A DNA stretch of 64,000 nucleotides, from IMG/VR virus record IMGVR_UViG_3300031992_000080, positions 12,110-76,109 of that record; one strand, 5' to 3'. The notes under the pieces are model-generated. The model did not search any database, was not told the origin of the DNA, and worked only from the letters and a program-made list of their open reading frames with translations. Shown piece by piece: positions 15,803-25,345 of this stretch (position 1 is the stretch's first letter; the number at the start of each line of letters is the position of its first letter). This stretch comes from a virus (Duplodnaviria > Caudoviricetes). The position numbers were made by a program, and so were the translations under genes.

Positions 15803-16145
15803 GGGGAGGGTTGAAAGCCTTTCTGGAAGGATCAAAGGAAGGCGCGCGGGCGGGAATGAGAAGGGAGGGGAGGACGGGCAAGGCGGGCGGCATGGGGGAG
15901 CGGGAAGGGAGGGAGGAAGGGAGGCACGGCTACCCCGTCCCCCTCCCCGACCACACCGCCGACCGCCGCCCCGCGCGGGTCCTGCGGGGGACTTTCTCGC
16001 ACACTGAGGTCGAAGTTTGAAAAGGAGCTACTGCTTGGGACGGGTGGGTCGTGTGGGCGCACCTGCGAGGGCGCGCGCGTGCGGGTGCGAGGTTGGTGTC
16101 CGGATTTTTTTCGGGAATGGTTGCCGTGGTGGATACTGTTTTGGC

Positions 16146-17843
16146 ATGGGGAACCAAGCGAACAGAGGGCTGCGGCGAACGGCTGCGGGGACGCGGAAGG
16201 ATCGCGTGGAGCGGTCGACGCGCGTGATTGGATACGTGCCGACGCCGACGGGGCTGCGGTTCCACAACAGCCGTGCGCTCGTGAAGGGTGCGATGGGGCC
16301 TGTTGGGAGCGGCAAGTCGGTATTCTGCTGCGAGGACATCTGGATAAAGAGCTGCACGCAGGTGCCGATGGCGCAGATCGACCCGGCGTGGGGGATGCGG
16401 GTGCGATACAGCAAGTGGCTTGTGATCCGGAACACGTATTGGGACTTGCAGCAGACGACGATCAAGACGTGGCTGGACTGGTTTCCGCAGACGAAGATGC
16501 GGGAAAGCCAGCCGTTGGGCGGTGTTCTGGAGTTCGAGCATCCGAGCAACGAGCGGCTTCGCGCGGAGGGGCGGGAAGACGAATGCACGGCGGTGCGGAT
16601 CGAGCTGGTGTTTCTGGCGCTGAACAAGGAAGAGCAGGTGCGGCACCTCAAGTCGCTGGAGGTGTCCGGGGTGTGGATCAACGAGGCGAGCGAAGTGCCG
16701 CTCAAATACGTGAGCCGTGCGTTCGAGCGAACGGGGCGTTTTCCGAGCAAGAAGGCGGGCGGGCCGTTCAAGAACCTGGGGATGATCATGGACACGAACC
16801 CGCCGAGCGACACGGGGTGGTGGTACCAGCTTGCGGAGGTGCGGCGGCCGCAGGGCTACGAGTTCTTCCGGCAGCCGCCGGCGGTGCTGCGGCGCGAGAA
16901 GGGTGGCCGGATCTGGTACGAGCCGAACAAGGGGCAGGATCCCGGGATTCCCGCGGCGGAGAACGTGGAGAACCACAACGAGGGGTGGGAATACTACATG
17001 CGGCAGACCCGTGACGGGGACCATGCGCGGATCAAGGTGTTCCTGATGGGGGAATACGGGACGACGGTGAGCGGAAAGGCGGTGTATCCGCAGTATTCGG
17101 ACGAGGCGAACTACCTCGACGAGACGCCGGAGCCGTGGTGGGGGCTTCCGCTGTTCATGGGGACGGACTTCGGGAGGACGCCGGCGACGGTGCTTTTGCA
17201 AGTGCTTCCGTCCGGGAAGATCGTGGTTCTGGACGAGATATGCGGGGAGGACATGACGATCGGGGAGTTCTGCGAGCAGCTTCTCCTTCCGCGTCTCATC
17301 ACGAAATACCGGTTTGCGGAGGGGATGCGGGTGATGAACTTCGCGGACCCGGCTGGGGCGAAGCCGAACGAGACGGACGCGCAGGGCGCGATCTACCGGA
17401 TGAACGAGCTGGGGATTCCGACGGTGCCGTGTCCGGTGACGGGCAACAGCCCGCTGCTGCGGATCGAGGCGGTCGCGAGCGCGCTTCGGCGGCGGATGGA
17501 CGACGGGAGCGCGGGCCTGGTGCTTTCGCGCAACTGCCGGCGGCTGCGGGAGGGTTTTCTGGGGCGGTATTACTACAAGACGGCGGCGAATTCGGACGCG
17601 GCGGACGAGCGCGTGGCGGCGAAGCCGGACAAGAACATGTTTTCGCACCCGCACGACGCGCTGCAATACGGGGTTTTCGGGGCGACGCACCAGAGCGGGG
17701 AATCGATGTTCGACGTGAGCGGGCGAAGCAACCGGCTGTGGGTGCCGGACGGATTCGGAGGCTACCGGCTCTCGGGCCCGGTGCCGACGGCGGGCGGCGC
17801 GTGCGGGACGGAAGCCCGCATTTCCATGGCGGGCTTCTGCTGA
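16146..17843 (+). CDS. terL: Terminase large subunit
   Basis: Walker A GPVGSGKS, Walker B VWINEASE, nuclease GTDFGRTPA and SHPHDALQY. Confidence 0.9.
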   Translation: MGNQANRGLRRTAAGTRKDRVERSTRVIGYVPTPTGLRFHNSRALVKGAMGPVGSGKSVFCCEDIWIKSCTQVPMAQIDPAWGMRVRYSKWLVIRNTYWDLQQTTIKTWLDWFPQTKMRESQPLGGVLEFEHPSNERLRAEGREDECTAVRIELVFLALNKEEQVRHLKSLEVSGVWINEASEVPLKYVSRAFERTGRFPSKKAGGPFKNLGMIMDTNPPSDTGWWYQLAEVRRPQGYEFFRQPPAVLRREKGGRIWYEPNKGQDPGIPAAENVENHNEGWEYYMRQTRDGDHARIKVFLMGEYGTTVSGKAVYPQYSDEANYLDETPEPWWGLPLFMGTDFGRTPATVLLQVLPSGKIVVLDEICGEDMTIGEFCEQLLLPRLITKYRFAEGMRVMNFADPAGAKPNETDAQGAIYRMNELGIPTVPCPVTGNSPLLRIEAVASALRRRMDDGSAGLVLSRNCRRLREGFLGRYYYKTAANSDAADERVAAKPDKNMFSHPHDALQYGVFGATHQSGESMFDVSGRSNRLWVPDGFGGYRLSGPVPTAGGACGTEARISMAGFC

Positions 17844-17911
17844 CGGCCGACTGCGACAGATAGTTGCAGGCCTTGCGCGCGGATGGTTGCCGTGGGTCAG
17901 GATACGGAGCC

Positions 17912-20377
17912 GTGAGCACGACCGCGCCCGGCATCCCCTACCCCGCCCCGTCCGCCAGCGAGATGGCGGCGGCGGCGTCCGCGTTCAACGCGAGGCTCGG
18001 CGTCGCCAAGTCCGAGGAAACGGTCGCGACGGGACACATTCCCGTGTCGGCGTCGACGGGAAGGCCGCCGGCGCTGACTGACGGCGATCCCGGCGCCCGC
18101 GCGGACGTGGAGCCGGTGAAGCAGGCAAGGCCCGTCGAGCGAGTCGGGGATTACGTCCGTGCGACGTTCCGGCGGAACGCGGCCCACCGGCGGCAGTCCG
18201 GGACGGACGCGCGGCTTCTGGCGAACAAGCTGGATGCGGCGCACGAATACAGCCAAGACGACAAGGACCTGATCCATGCGACGGGCGCGCCGGACGTGTA
18301 TCTTGCCTACAACGCGTCGACGCGAGGCGCGGCGGTTGCGGCGATCTCGGAGATCGAGACGGCGGGGCAGAGCAAGTGCTGGACGCTGGCGCCGACGCCG
18401 TGGCCGGAGCTTTCGAAGGCCGCCCGGGAGGAGATCCTGAACGGCGCGATGCTGGACTACCAGCAGCTTCTTTCGCTCGTGGCGGCGCTTGCGCAGGCGC
18501 GCTCGCTCACGCCGGAGCAGGTGCAGGAGCTTCTTCCGCCCCGGGAACACATGTCGCAGCGCGTCTTCGAGTGGACGGAAGAGGCCCGGCGCGAGGAGAA
18601 GGAGCGTGCCGACCTCGCCTGCGAGCGCATGGAGGCGAAGATCGACGACCAGCTCACGGAGGCGAACTTCGAGAGCGTGTTCGCGGACTGCATCGAATAT
18701 CTCGGGACCTACGGCGTGTGCGTGGTCTACGGGCCTGCGGTGCGCCGGCGGCGGGCCGTTTCCGGCGTGGACCGCGCGGACGGTTCGCGCACCCTCAAGG
18801 CGGAGTGGAAGCAGACGCTCGAGTTCGAGGCCGTCAATCCGATGGACTGCTACCCGGCGCCGGGCGCGAAGAAGATCACGGACGGGCCGTTCGTGCGCGT
18901 GGTCCGGTTCGATCCGTCGGAGCTTGCGGCGTTCGCGAAGATTTCCGAAAAGGACGCGCCGGCGTGGCGGCGGGACGCGATCGAGAAGATCCTGCGGGCC
19001 TTCCCGAACGGCGGCGTTGTGGAAAACGAGGCGGCGGACTGGTCCTCGCTGGAGCTGGACGGCGAAAGCGGGCAGACGGCCACGTCCTCCTCGCAGATCG
19101 AGGGGCTTCAGTTCTTCGGCGAAATCCGCGGCGCGGAGCTTCTTGCGACGGGGATCTCGAAGAACGGTTCCGGCGGGAAGATCGACCCCGAGGAATACTA
19201 CGAGGTCGAGGCGCTGACGATCCTGGACATCGTCGTTTCGTGCAGGGTCGTGGAGCCGGAAATCGGGCGTCCGCTGGCGAAGGCGGAGTTCTACCGGTCG
19301 CCGGAATCGTGGTGGGCGGAGAGCGTCCTGGAGCGCGTGCGGACGCCGCAGCGCGTCGTGAACGCGGCCGAGCGCAACATCATGGTGAACATGGCGCAGG
19401 CGTCCGGCCCGCAGGTCTGCGTGGACACGACGCGCTTCGACGGCGACCTGACGGTCCGCCCGTGGAAGCGGTGGGACATGAAGCCCCCGAAAATGGGGCA
19501 GCCCCTGCCTTCGCAGGAGCCGCTGCGGTTCTATTCGGTTCCGAGCGTCCTGCCCGATCTGATGCAGGTCAAGGCGCAGGCCAAGACGGACCGCGACGAG
19601 CTGTCCGGGATTCCGGCGTTTTCCTACGGGCAGACCTCCGGCGTGGCGCCGGGCGTGACGCGCACCGCGTCCGTCATGTCGATGCTGACGGAGGGCGCGA
19701 CGCGCGGGCTCAAGCACGTCGTGCGTCAGATCGACCGGATGGTGCGCGACATCGTGATGCGGCTCTACGCCCGAAACCTGCTCTACGAGAAGGACGAGTC
19801 GCTCAAGGTCGGCGACGTGCAATGCAACCCGTCCGGCGTTCTCGGCTTCGCGCTCCTGGAGCAGAACTACAACCGGCTTTTGCAGTTCCTGCAGCTCACG
19901 GGCAACCCGACGGACGCGCAGATCATCGGGACGAAGGGCCGCGCGATCATCCTGCGGGAGATCGCCAAGCAGCTCGGGCTCAACCCGGACAAGATCATCC
20001 CCGGCGCGGAAAAGCTGGAAGAGCTCCAGAAGCTCAACGAGGCCAAGGAGCTCTACGCGGCCGAGCAGCAGCGCGCCAACGTGGAGGCCACGGACGCGGC
20101 GAACGCGCGCGCGGACGCCGGCGGCGAAAACGGCGGCGGCGAGCCGTCCGCCCCCGTGGCGCAGGCGCCGGAGGAAGAGACGGCGCAGACGCCCGGCGTG
20201 GGCGCTGGCGTGAACAACCAGCGGGCGCGGCAGGCCGCTGCCCGGCGCGCCGTGCAGGGCGGAAGCGGCCCGGGCGTGTCGCCGGCCGCCAACGGGACGA
20301 TCCGACAGACGATTTCGGAGCCGCGGCAGCGCGCGGCCCAAGGCGCGGCAAGCGCCGAAACGCGGGGAGGGGGCTAG
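17912..20377 (+). CDS. Portal protein
   Basis: Follows TerL; NAAERNIMVNMAQASGPQV, PWKRW, ELSGIP, RTASVMSML motifs typical of podovirus-type portals; GTG start with GGAG. Confidence 0.8.
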   Translation: MSTTAPGIPYPAPSASEMAAAASAFNARLGVAKSEETVATGHIPVSASTGRPPALTDGDPGARADVEPVKQARPVERVGDYVRATFRRNAAHRRQSGTDARLLANKLDAAHEYSQDDKDLIHATGAPDVYLAYNASTRGAAVAAISEIETAGQSKCWTLAPTPWPELSKAAREEILNGAMLDYQQLLSLVAALAQARSLTPEQVQELLPPREHMSQRVFEWTEEARREEKERADLACERMEAKIDDQLTEANFESVFADCIEYLGTYGVCVVYGPAVRRRRAVSGVDRADGSRTLKAEWKQTLEFEAVNPMDCYPAPGAKKITDGPFVRVVRFDPSELAAFAKISEKDAPAWRRDAIEKILRAFPNGGVVENEAADWSSLELDGESGQTATSSSQIEGLQFFGEIRGAELLATGISKNGSGGKIDPEEYYEVEALTILDIVVSCRVVEPEIGRPLAKAEFYRSPESWWAESVLERVRTPQRVVNAAERNIMVNMAQASGPQVCVDTTRFDGDLTVRPWKRWDMKPPKMGQPLPSQEPLRFYSVPSVLPDLMQVKAQAKTDRDELSGIPAFSYGQTSGVAPGVTRTASVMSMLTEGATRGLKHVVRQIDRMVRDIVMRLYARNLLYEKDESLKVGDVQCNPSGVLGFALLEQNYNRLLQFLQLTGNPTDAQIIGTKGRAIILREIAKQLGLNPDKIIPGAEKLEELQKLNEAKELYAAEQQRANVEATDAANARADAGGENGGGEPSAPVAQAPEEETAQTPGVGAGVNNQRARQAAARRAVQGGSGPGVSPAANGTIRQTISEPRQRAAQGAASAETRGGG

Positions 20378-20380
20378 GAC

Positions 20381-20680
20381 ATGGCCGACACGACGCCGCG
20401 GGACTACCAGTTTTCCGAGCAGGAGCTGAACGACTTCATGCTCGCGCCCGAATCGGCGCGGCTTGCGGTGGTCCGTCTGCTCGACCGGGCCGTGAAAACG
20501 GCCGACCAATTTGTCGATTCGGCGCAGACCGACCGCGAAAGCGCGGTGTCGCAGGGAATGCACCGGGTCGCCATTGCACTGCAGGAAACCGTCCGCGGCG
20601 CTCCCGCGCGACTTGCCGCCCTAGCCCGGCAGGACAAGCCGCAACCAGGGAACTCGCTCGGAGCGGCCGGATTCGTGTAG
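20381..20680 (+). CDS. Small head-module protein
   Basis: 99-aa ORF between portal and scaffold. Confidence 0.6.
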   Translation: MADTTPRDYQFSEQELNDFMLAPESARLAVVRLLDRAVKTADQFVDSAQTDRESAVSQGMHRVAIALQETVRGAPARLAALARQDKPQPGNSLGAAGFV

Positions 20681-20786
20681 CGCGCAAGTCTGGACGGGCA
20701 AATCGGTCATCTCCGCTGCCCGCCAGGACGGAACTCGAAGGATCAGGCCCCTTCGCTCCGGCAAGCCCGAAAGGACACCCCAAACC

Positions 20787-21704
20787 ATGAACACCCGAAC
20801 CAACGACAAGCACGACACCCCCGACACGGACGGACGCACCGACGCGCCCGCCGCCACCCCGTCCAATCCGGCTCTCGCGGCCGCGGTCTTCTCCGCATCC
20901 GCCGACGCGCCGGACGCATCCGCTCCTCCCGCGGCCGAAACCGAGGAAGACCACCGCAAGGCGGTCAACGACGGCCGGCTCCGCAAGATGAGCGAAGACC
21001 TCAAGGCCGAACGAGAGAAAAACGCCGAGCTGCAACGCCAGCTCGAAGAGCTCTCGAAGAAGCGCTCGCAGGCCGCCTACGGCGATCTGCCAGAGGTCCA
21101 GAAGCTGGACGACGTGGGCCAGGCGGCCGTCATCGGAGCCGCCGCACGGGTCGAGGAGCGCGTCACGCAGAGGTTCCAGGCGCAGATGGACGAGCTCGCC
21201 CGCTCGCGGGCCGCGGAAGCGGCCGCGATGCAGCGCAACGCCGCCGTCAAGGCCCAGAACGAAGCGTATGCCGAGCTGGAGAGGAAGTATCCGGGAATCG
21301 TCGGCCGGCTTGCCGCCGGCGGCGACCTCGCCGGAACGTGGGAGGCGTTCCGCCGGGAAGTCGACGACTTCTACGGCGTTTCGCGCAACCAGATTCTCCA
21401 GCGCGCCAACGAGCGCGGCCACGGCGCGGCGATCGTGCGGCTCGTGGAGGAGTTCATGCAGCGCGGGAACTTCTCGCGGCAATACGACCAACCCGGCGGG
21501 ACGCCGCGCACCGCGGCCGCGCCCGCCAACCCCGCCGGCGCAGGTGCCGGAGGGAAGAAGACCTATCCGTCTCGGGAGGCGGTCGAGAAGGCACTCGAAA
21601 CGATCGCCCAGCAGTATCGGAAGGGTCTCATCGACCGCAAGTCCTACGACGCGCGGTCGGAAGAACTCGAGGACGCCCTCCGCTCCGGGCGCTACCTGAA
21701 GTAG
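20787..21704 (+). CDS. Capsid scaffolding protein
   Basis: Low-complexity N-terminus, coiled coil, position before MCP. Confidence 0.7.
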   Translation: MNTRTNDKHDTPDTDGRTDAPAATPSNPALAAAVFSASADAPDASAPPAAETEEDHRKAVNDGRLRKMSEDLKAEREKNAELQRQLEELSKKRSQAAYGDLPEVQKLDDVGQAAVIGAAARVEERVTQRFQAQMDELARSRAAEAAAMQRNAAVKAQNEAYAELERKYPGIVGRLAAGGDLAGTWEAFRREVDDFYGVSRNQILQRANERGHGAAIVRLVEEFMQRGNFSRQYDQPGGTPRTAAAPANPAGAGAGGKKTYPSREAVEKALETIAQQYRKGLIDRKSYDARSEELEDALRSGRYLK

Positions 21705-21750
21705 CGAACGGAAGGGGACGCGTCCTCAGAACCCCGAAAGGAAAGCGAAG

Positions 21751-22755
21751 ATGTTCGCTCCCGAATACAAACTCAACCACAAGCTCCCCGACGCGTGGGA
21801 GCCCGTGATCTACTCGAAGAAGATCGACGACAAGGTCCACGACAACGTGATCTTCAACTCGGTTTTCAACCGCGACTACGAAGGCGAGCTCAAGGGCATC
21901 GGCTCGAAGCTCGTCATCCGTTCGTGGCCCGACGACCTCAAGCCCCGCGACTACATCCTGGGCACCCCCATCACCCCGCAGCGCCACGACGCGCGCGCGA
22001 AGGAGGTGACGGTCGGGCGCGCCTGGGAGCTCTCGCTCGTCATGGACCAGTGGGACCTGATGAACTCCGACATGAAGCAGTGGGAGTCCATCCGTTCCAA
22101 GAAGATCGCCGTGGCGTGCGCGGAGTTCCTCGAGGACAAGTGGTTCGCCGAGGCGCAGGGCGCCGCGGTCGGCAATCCCTACGCGAACTGGAACTTCGGC
22201 AACGCGGCGGGCATCAACGGAGACATCCAGCTCGGCACCGCGCAGGCGGCCGTCGAGCTCGTCGCCGACAAGTCCCCGACCTCGCCGGGCGCCGGCCGCA
22301 TCGCCAAGAACGTGCTCCAGCACTTCTACGACATCGACATGGTGCACACCCGCCACCAGGGCGCCTCGTCCGCGACGGGCAAGTTCATCATCACGGTGCC
22401 GGAAGTCCTGAAGGTCCTCCGCGAGTTCGACGCGTTCGAGCGCACGTCCTGCAACGATTCGGTGCAGGATCTGCTCCGGCGCGACGTGATGTCCTACGGC
22501 CGCCTCGGCGCGACCGGCTTCGACATCTACGTCACGAACCGCCTCCGCGGCACGAAGAACGCGACGACGGGCAAGACCGTCTACCCGCTCTTCTTCGGCG
22601 ACACCCGCGCGTGGACGTATGCCGACCTGTTCTCGGAGACCGGCGTCAAGCCCGATCCGAAGATCCCCGGCATCGACTACGAATACCACATCGGCGGCTA
22701 CGACTGGTTCCTGGCGCAGCCGGAGTACTTCGGCGTGTCCTACGTCGCGGTCTAA
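21751..22755 (+). CDS. Major capsid protein
   Basis: WEPVIYSKKI...NRDYEGELKGIGSKLVIRS resembles the 'PEIWS.K...N.DYEGEI...GD.V.I' MCP N-terminus; strongly biased codons. Confidence 0.85.
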   Translation: MFAPEYKLNHKLPDAWEPVIYSKKIDDKVHDNVIFNSVFNRDYEGELKGIGSKLVIRSWPDDLKPRDYILGTPITPQRHDARAKEVTVGRAWELSLVMDQWDLMNSDMKQWESIRSKKIAVACAEFLEDKWFAEAQGAAVGNPYANWNFGNAAGINGDIQLGTAQAAVELVADKSPTSPGAGRIAKNVLQHFYDIDMVHTRHQGASSATGKFIITVPEVLKVLREFDAFERTSCNDSVQDLLRRDVMSYGRLGATGFDIYVTNRLRGTKNATTGKTVYPLFFGDTRAWTYADLFSETGVKPDPKIPGIDYEYHIGGYDWFLAQPEYFGVSYVAV

Positions 22756-22782
22756 CCACCACAGCAAGAAGGAGAAATCGAC

Positions 22783-23340
22783 ATGGCCAACACCATTCGT
22801 TTCACGAACTACGACGGCGACGTGACTCCCGTCGAACAGCGCGGCGTCCGCGCCCAGTACCCGCAGGGCTACAACGGCCCGGCGTTCGGCTGGGTCGGCC
22901 GCCTCTCGGACCTGGTCGCCAACGGCGGCAAGATCAAGCTGGCCGAAGGCTTCGTGCCGCGTCGCTACGCGGTGCGCGCGGAGCCCATGCCCGGCCACTG
23001 GACCACGGACTACGATCTGGTCGGAGGCGACGTCTTCCTCAAGGACGAAGCCTCCGTGACGATCGCCTCGTCCGGCACCGCCGCCGGTGTGTCGCTCTCG
23101 GGCATCACCATCGCCGGCGCCAAGGCCGCCTCCGGCTCGACGCCCGCCGCCGACGCCACGACCGGCCTGGTCGCGCAGGGCGCCGTTTCCGGCACGCTCG
23201 TCGGCAACGACGACACCTGGCTGACGGTCACGGCGACGCCCGCCTCGTCCGGCGACGTCGAGAAGGGCGTCTCCGACGCCTACGTCGAGGTGCTCGTCTA
23301 CGCCGAGCAGGTCGATCCGATGCCTCCCAAGCAGTTCTAG
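22783..23340 (+). CDS. Putative capsid decoration / minor head protein
   Basis: Directly after MCP, strong RBS, highly biased codons, beta-rich. Confidence 0.55.
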   Translation: MANTIRFTNYDGDVTPVEQRGVRAQYPQGYNGPAFGWVGRLSDLVANGGKIKLAEGFVPRRYAVRAEPMPGHWTTDYDLVGGDVFLKDEASVTIASSGTAAGVSLSGITIAGAKAASGSTPAADATTGLVAQGAVSGTLVGNDDTWLTVTATPASSGDVEKGVSDAYVEVLVYAEQVDPMPPKQF

Positions 23341-23349
23341 GCTGCACCC

Positions 23350-23385
23350 CCCCGTGGCGGGGTCCATCCCCCGCCACGGGGTTCT
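23350..23385 (+). terminator. Hairpin after capsid genes
   Basis: CCCCGTGGCGGGG / CCCCGCCACGGGG stem followed by TTCTT. Confidence 0.55.
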
Positions 23386-23414
23386 TCAGAACCAGACAAA
23401 ACAAGGAAACCGAC

Positions 23415-23792
23415 ATGGACACTCCCTACCTCATGGACAAACGGAACTTCCACTACGTTCCGAACAATCCCGAGATTTTCAAGCAGCACGAGAACGACGT
23501 GATCCCGATCACGGTCGAGCAGGCGCAGGCGCTCGACCGCGAGGGCCGGGCCGCCGGGCTGAAGATTCTCCGCGCGGTCGTCGCGGCGGACAACGCCGCC
23601 GCCCTCGCGGAGGCCGAGGCGACCGCCGAGCCCGTGCCCGCGCAGGCCGAGGCGCCGGCGGCGCCGGTCGATCTCAAGGACCTGCCGCTCGCGGAGCTTC
23701 GCGAGATGGCGAAGAAGGCCGGCGGGTTCCCCGACGGCAAGGACGTGGACAAGGCGAGCCGCCGCGAGCTGCTCGCGATTCTCCAGGACTAG
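23415..23792 (+). CDS. Hypothetical protein with C-terminal Rho-N/HeH-like helix pair
   Basis: LKDLPLAELREMAKKAG...ASRRELLAIL. Confidence 0.55.
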   Translation: MDTPYLMDKRNFHYVPNNPEIFKQHENDVIPITVEQAQALDREGRAAGLKILRAVVAADNAAALAEAEATAEPVPAQAEAPAAPVDLKDLPLAELREMAKKAGGFPDGKDVDKASRRELLAILQD

Positions 23793-23796
23793 AGAC

Positions 23797-24264
23797 ATGG
23801 CTGGCGAGGCGGTCGTTTGGGGCGAGCTTCTCGCGCGCACGCGCGAGATGATCATGGACGAGGCGGGGTACCACCCAGGAGGAGCCGTCCGCTGGAAGGA
23901 CGAGGAGCTCCTGCGCTTCCTCTTCTTCGGCGTCACGGCGCTGGAGAAGATCCGCCCGTCCGTCCGCTACCAGGGGATGCGTCTCGTCGAGCGCGAGTTT
24001 CCCGCCGTCGAGCCGACCGCCGCCCAGGTCGAGGAGGCGAGGGCCGGCAAGTCCGGCGAAGCGGCGGACGAGGCCGAGGCCGAGCTCCGGGATTCCGTCG
24101 TGGCATCCGCGTCTTCCGCGCCCGTTCGCGTCGACCGGCACTACCACGAGGCCCTCGTCCACTACGCCGTCTACCTGGCGTTCCAGATGGACGAGAACGA
24201 CGCCACGCCGTCTTATCGCGCAAACATGCACAAGAAGCGGTTCGAGGAGGCCGCGCAGACATGA
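23797..24264 (+). CDS. Head-tail adaptor-like protein
   Basis: RWKDEELLRFL...IRP and ALVHYAVYLAFQMD motifs; position. Confidence 0.6.
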   Translation: MAGEAVVWGELLARTREMIMDEAGYHPGGAVRWKDEELLRFLFFGVTALEKIRPSVRYQGMRLVEREFPAVEPTAAQVEEARAGKSGEAADEAEAELRDSVVASASSAPVRVDRHYHEALVHYAVYLAFQMDENDATPSYRANMHKKRFEEAAQT

Positions 24265-24947
24265 CGCCTCTTGCCGGAACGATCGACGCGGTCCGCATCG
24301 CGGACATCCTGTCGCGCGCCGTCATGGACTACATCCGGGACGACCAGCGCGCGAGCTATCCGCTCACGGGCGACGTCTGGATGGTCGCGCGCAGCAAGCG
24401 CGCGTGGAAGAAAATCAAGGACGGTTTCGAGCGCTACACGACCGCGGACGGCGCGATCTCCCTCTACAAGCTGCCGGACGGCGTCATCAAGGCCGTCGCG
24501 CACCAGTTCCCCCGTTCCAAGAATCTCTGGAACGGGCCTGACCTTCTCCGGAACAACAAGCTCGCGAGCATGTTCGCGAGCCTTTTCCACGATTTGATTT
24601 GGGGGCATCGCCGCGAGCTGGCGGAGGCGCTGGGCATCTCCGTGCCGGACGTGCTTCGCATCGGCAACGACCTGTTCATCCAGGCGTGGCGGGCAATCGA
24701 CGGAAGTTTCAAGGGCAAGGTCGAGAGCTGGATCGCGTTCCAAGCCGTCTCCGCCGCGACTCCGTGGTATCACAAGCTCAAGGGGTCCGCGCTCGCGCTT
24801 GTCGCGCTTGGTCTCATCTCCGGGTGCTACTCGGTGCCGGAAGGGGAAGTGCTGGAAGTCGGCGGCGTCGAGGTCGTCGAGCAGATCATGAAGGAATACG
24901 GCGACGGTTTGAAGCCCGTCGCGCAGGACGAGGACGATTCGAAATGA
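24261..24947 (+). CDS. DUF1353-like protein with C-terminal hydrophobic segment plus Cys
   Basis: WNGPD...ASLFHDLIW...GNDLF motif; later ALALVALGLISGC. Confidence 0.5.
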   Translation: MTPLAGTIDAVRIADILSRAVMDYIRDDQRASYPLTGDVWMVARSKRAWKKIKDGFERYTTADGAISLYKLPDGVIKAVAHQFPRSKNLWNGPDLLRNNKLASMFASLFHDLIWGHRRELAEALGISVPDVLRIGNDLFIQAWRAIDGSFKGKVESWIAFQAVSAATPWYHKLKGSALALVALGLISGCYSVPEGEVLEVGGVEVVEQIMKEYGDGLKPVAQDEDDSK

Positions 24948-25342
24948 GCGAACGCAAGGCCACGGACAAGCAGCGCTCGTGGTGCGGGGACCACGTCCCC
25001 AATCCGGCGCAATACCGCTACGGGATGATTCCCGGAACCGAACGGCCGGAGATCGAAAGCACGGTCGAGCTGTCGGAGAAGGAGGTCGAGACGATCAGGA
25101 CGCGCATCCGGGATCTCGGCGCTCGGTTCGCGATCGTGCGTCCGACACCGCGCGACCCGGGACACCTCGACGTGGAGTTCCGTTCGGCGCGCCCGTTCGA
25201 GCGCATCCGCCGCATCACCGGCTATCTCGTGGGCACGTTGGACCGCTGGAATTCGGCCAAGCAAGCCGAGGAGCGCGACCGCGTGAAGCACGGGATTCCG
25301 AATCCGGAAGAGGAAGTCAACCTGCATATCAAGGAGGACTAG
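24944..25342 (+). CDS. Stand-alone NrdD C-terminal glycyl-radical-like domain
   Basis: FERIRRITGYLVGTLDRWNSAKQAEERDRVKH matches the class III RNR C-terminus; only 132 aa. Confidence 0.7.
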   Translation: MSERKATDKQRSWCGDHVPNPAQYRYGMIPGTERPEIESTVELSEKEVETIRTRIRDLGARFAIVRPTPRDPGHLDVEFRSARPFERIRRITGYLVGTLDRWNSAKQAEERDRVKHGIPNPEEEVNLHIKED

Positions 25343-25345
25343 GGA

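Noticed and set aside
4451-16009. Depletion of GATC, GGCC or CCWGG in the early block
   Set aside because: These words were found within the block (e.g. GATC at 12416 and 14040, CCTGG near 5207 and 8734), so absolute avoidance holds only for TCGA; partial depletion needs computation.
17897-23367. Long minus-strand ORFs 17897-20563 and 21628-23367
   Set aside because: Antisense to portal and capsid genes, which have recognisable motifs.
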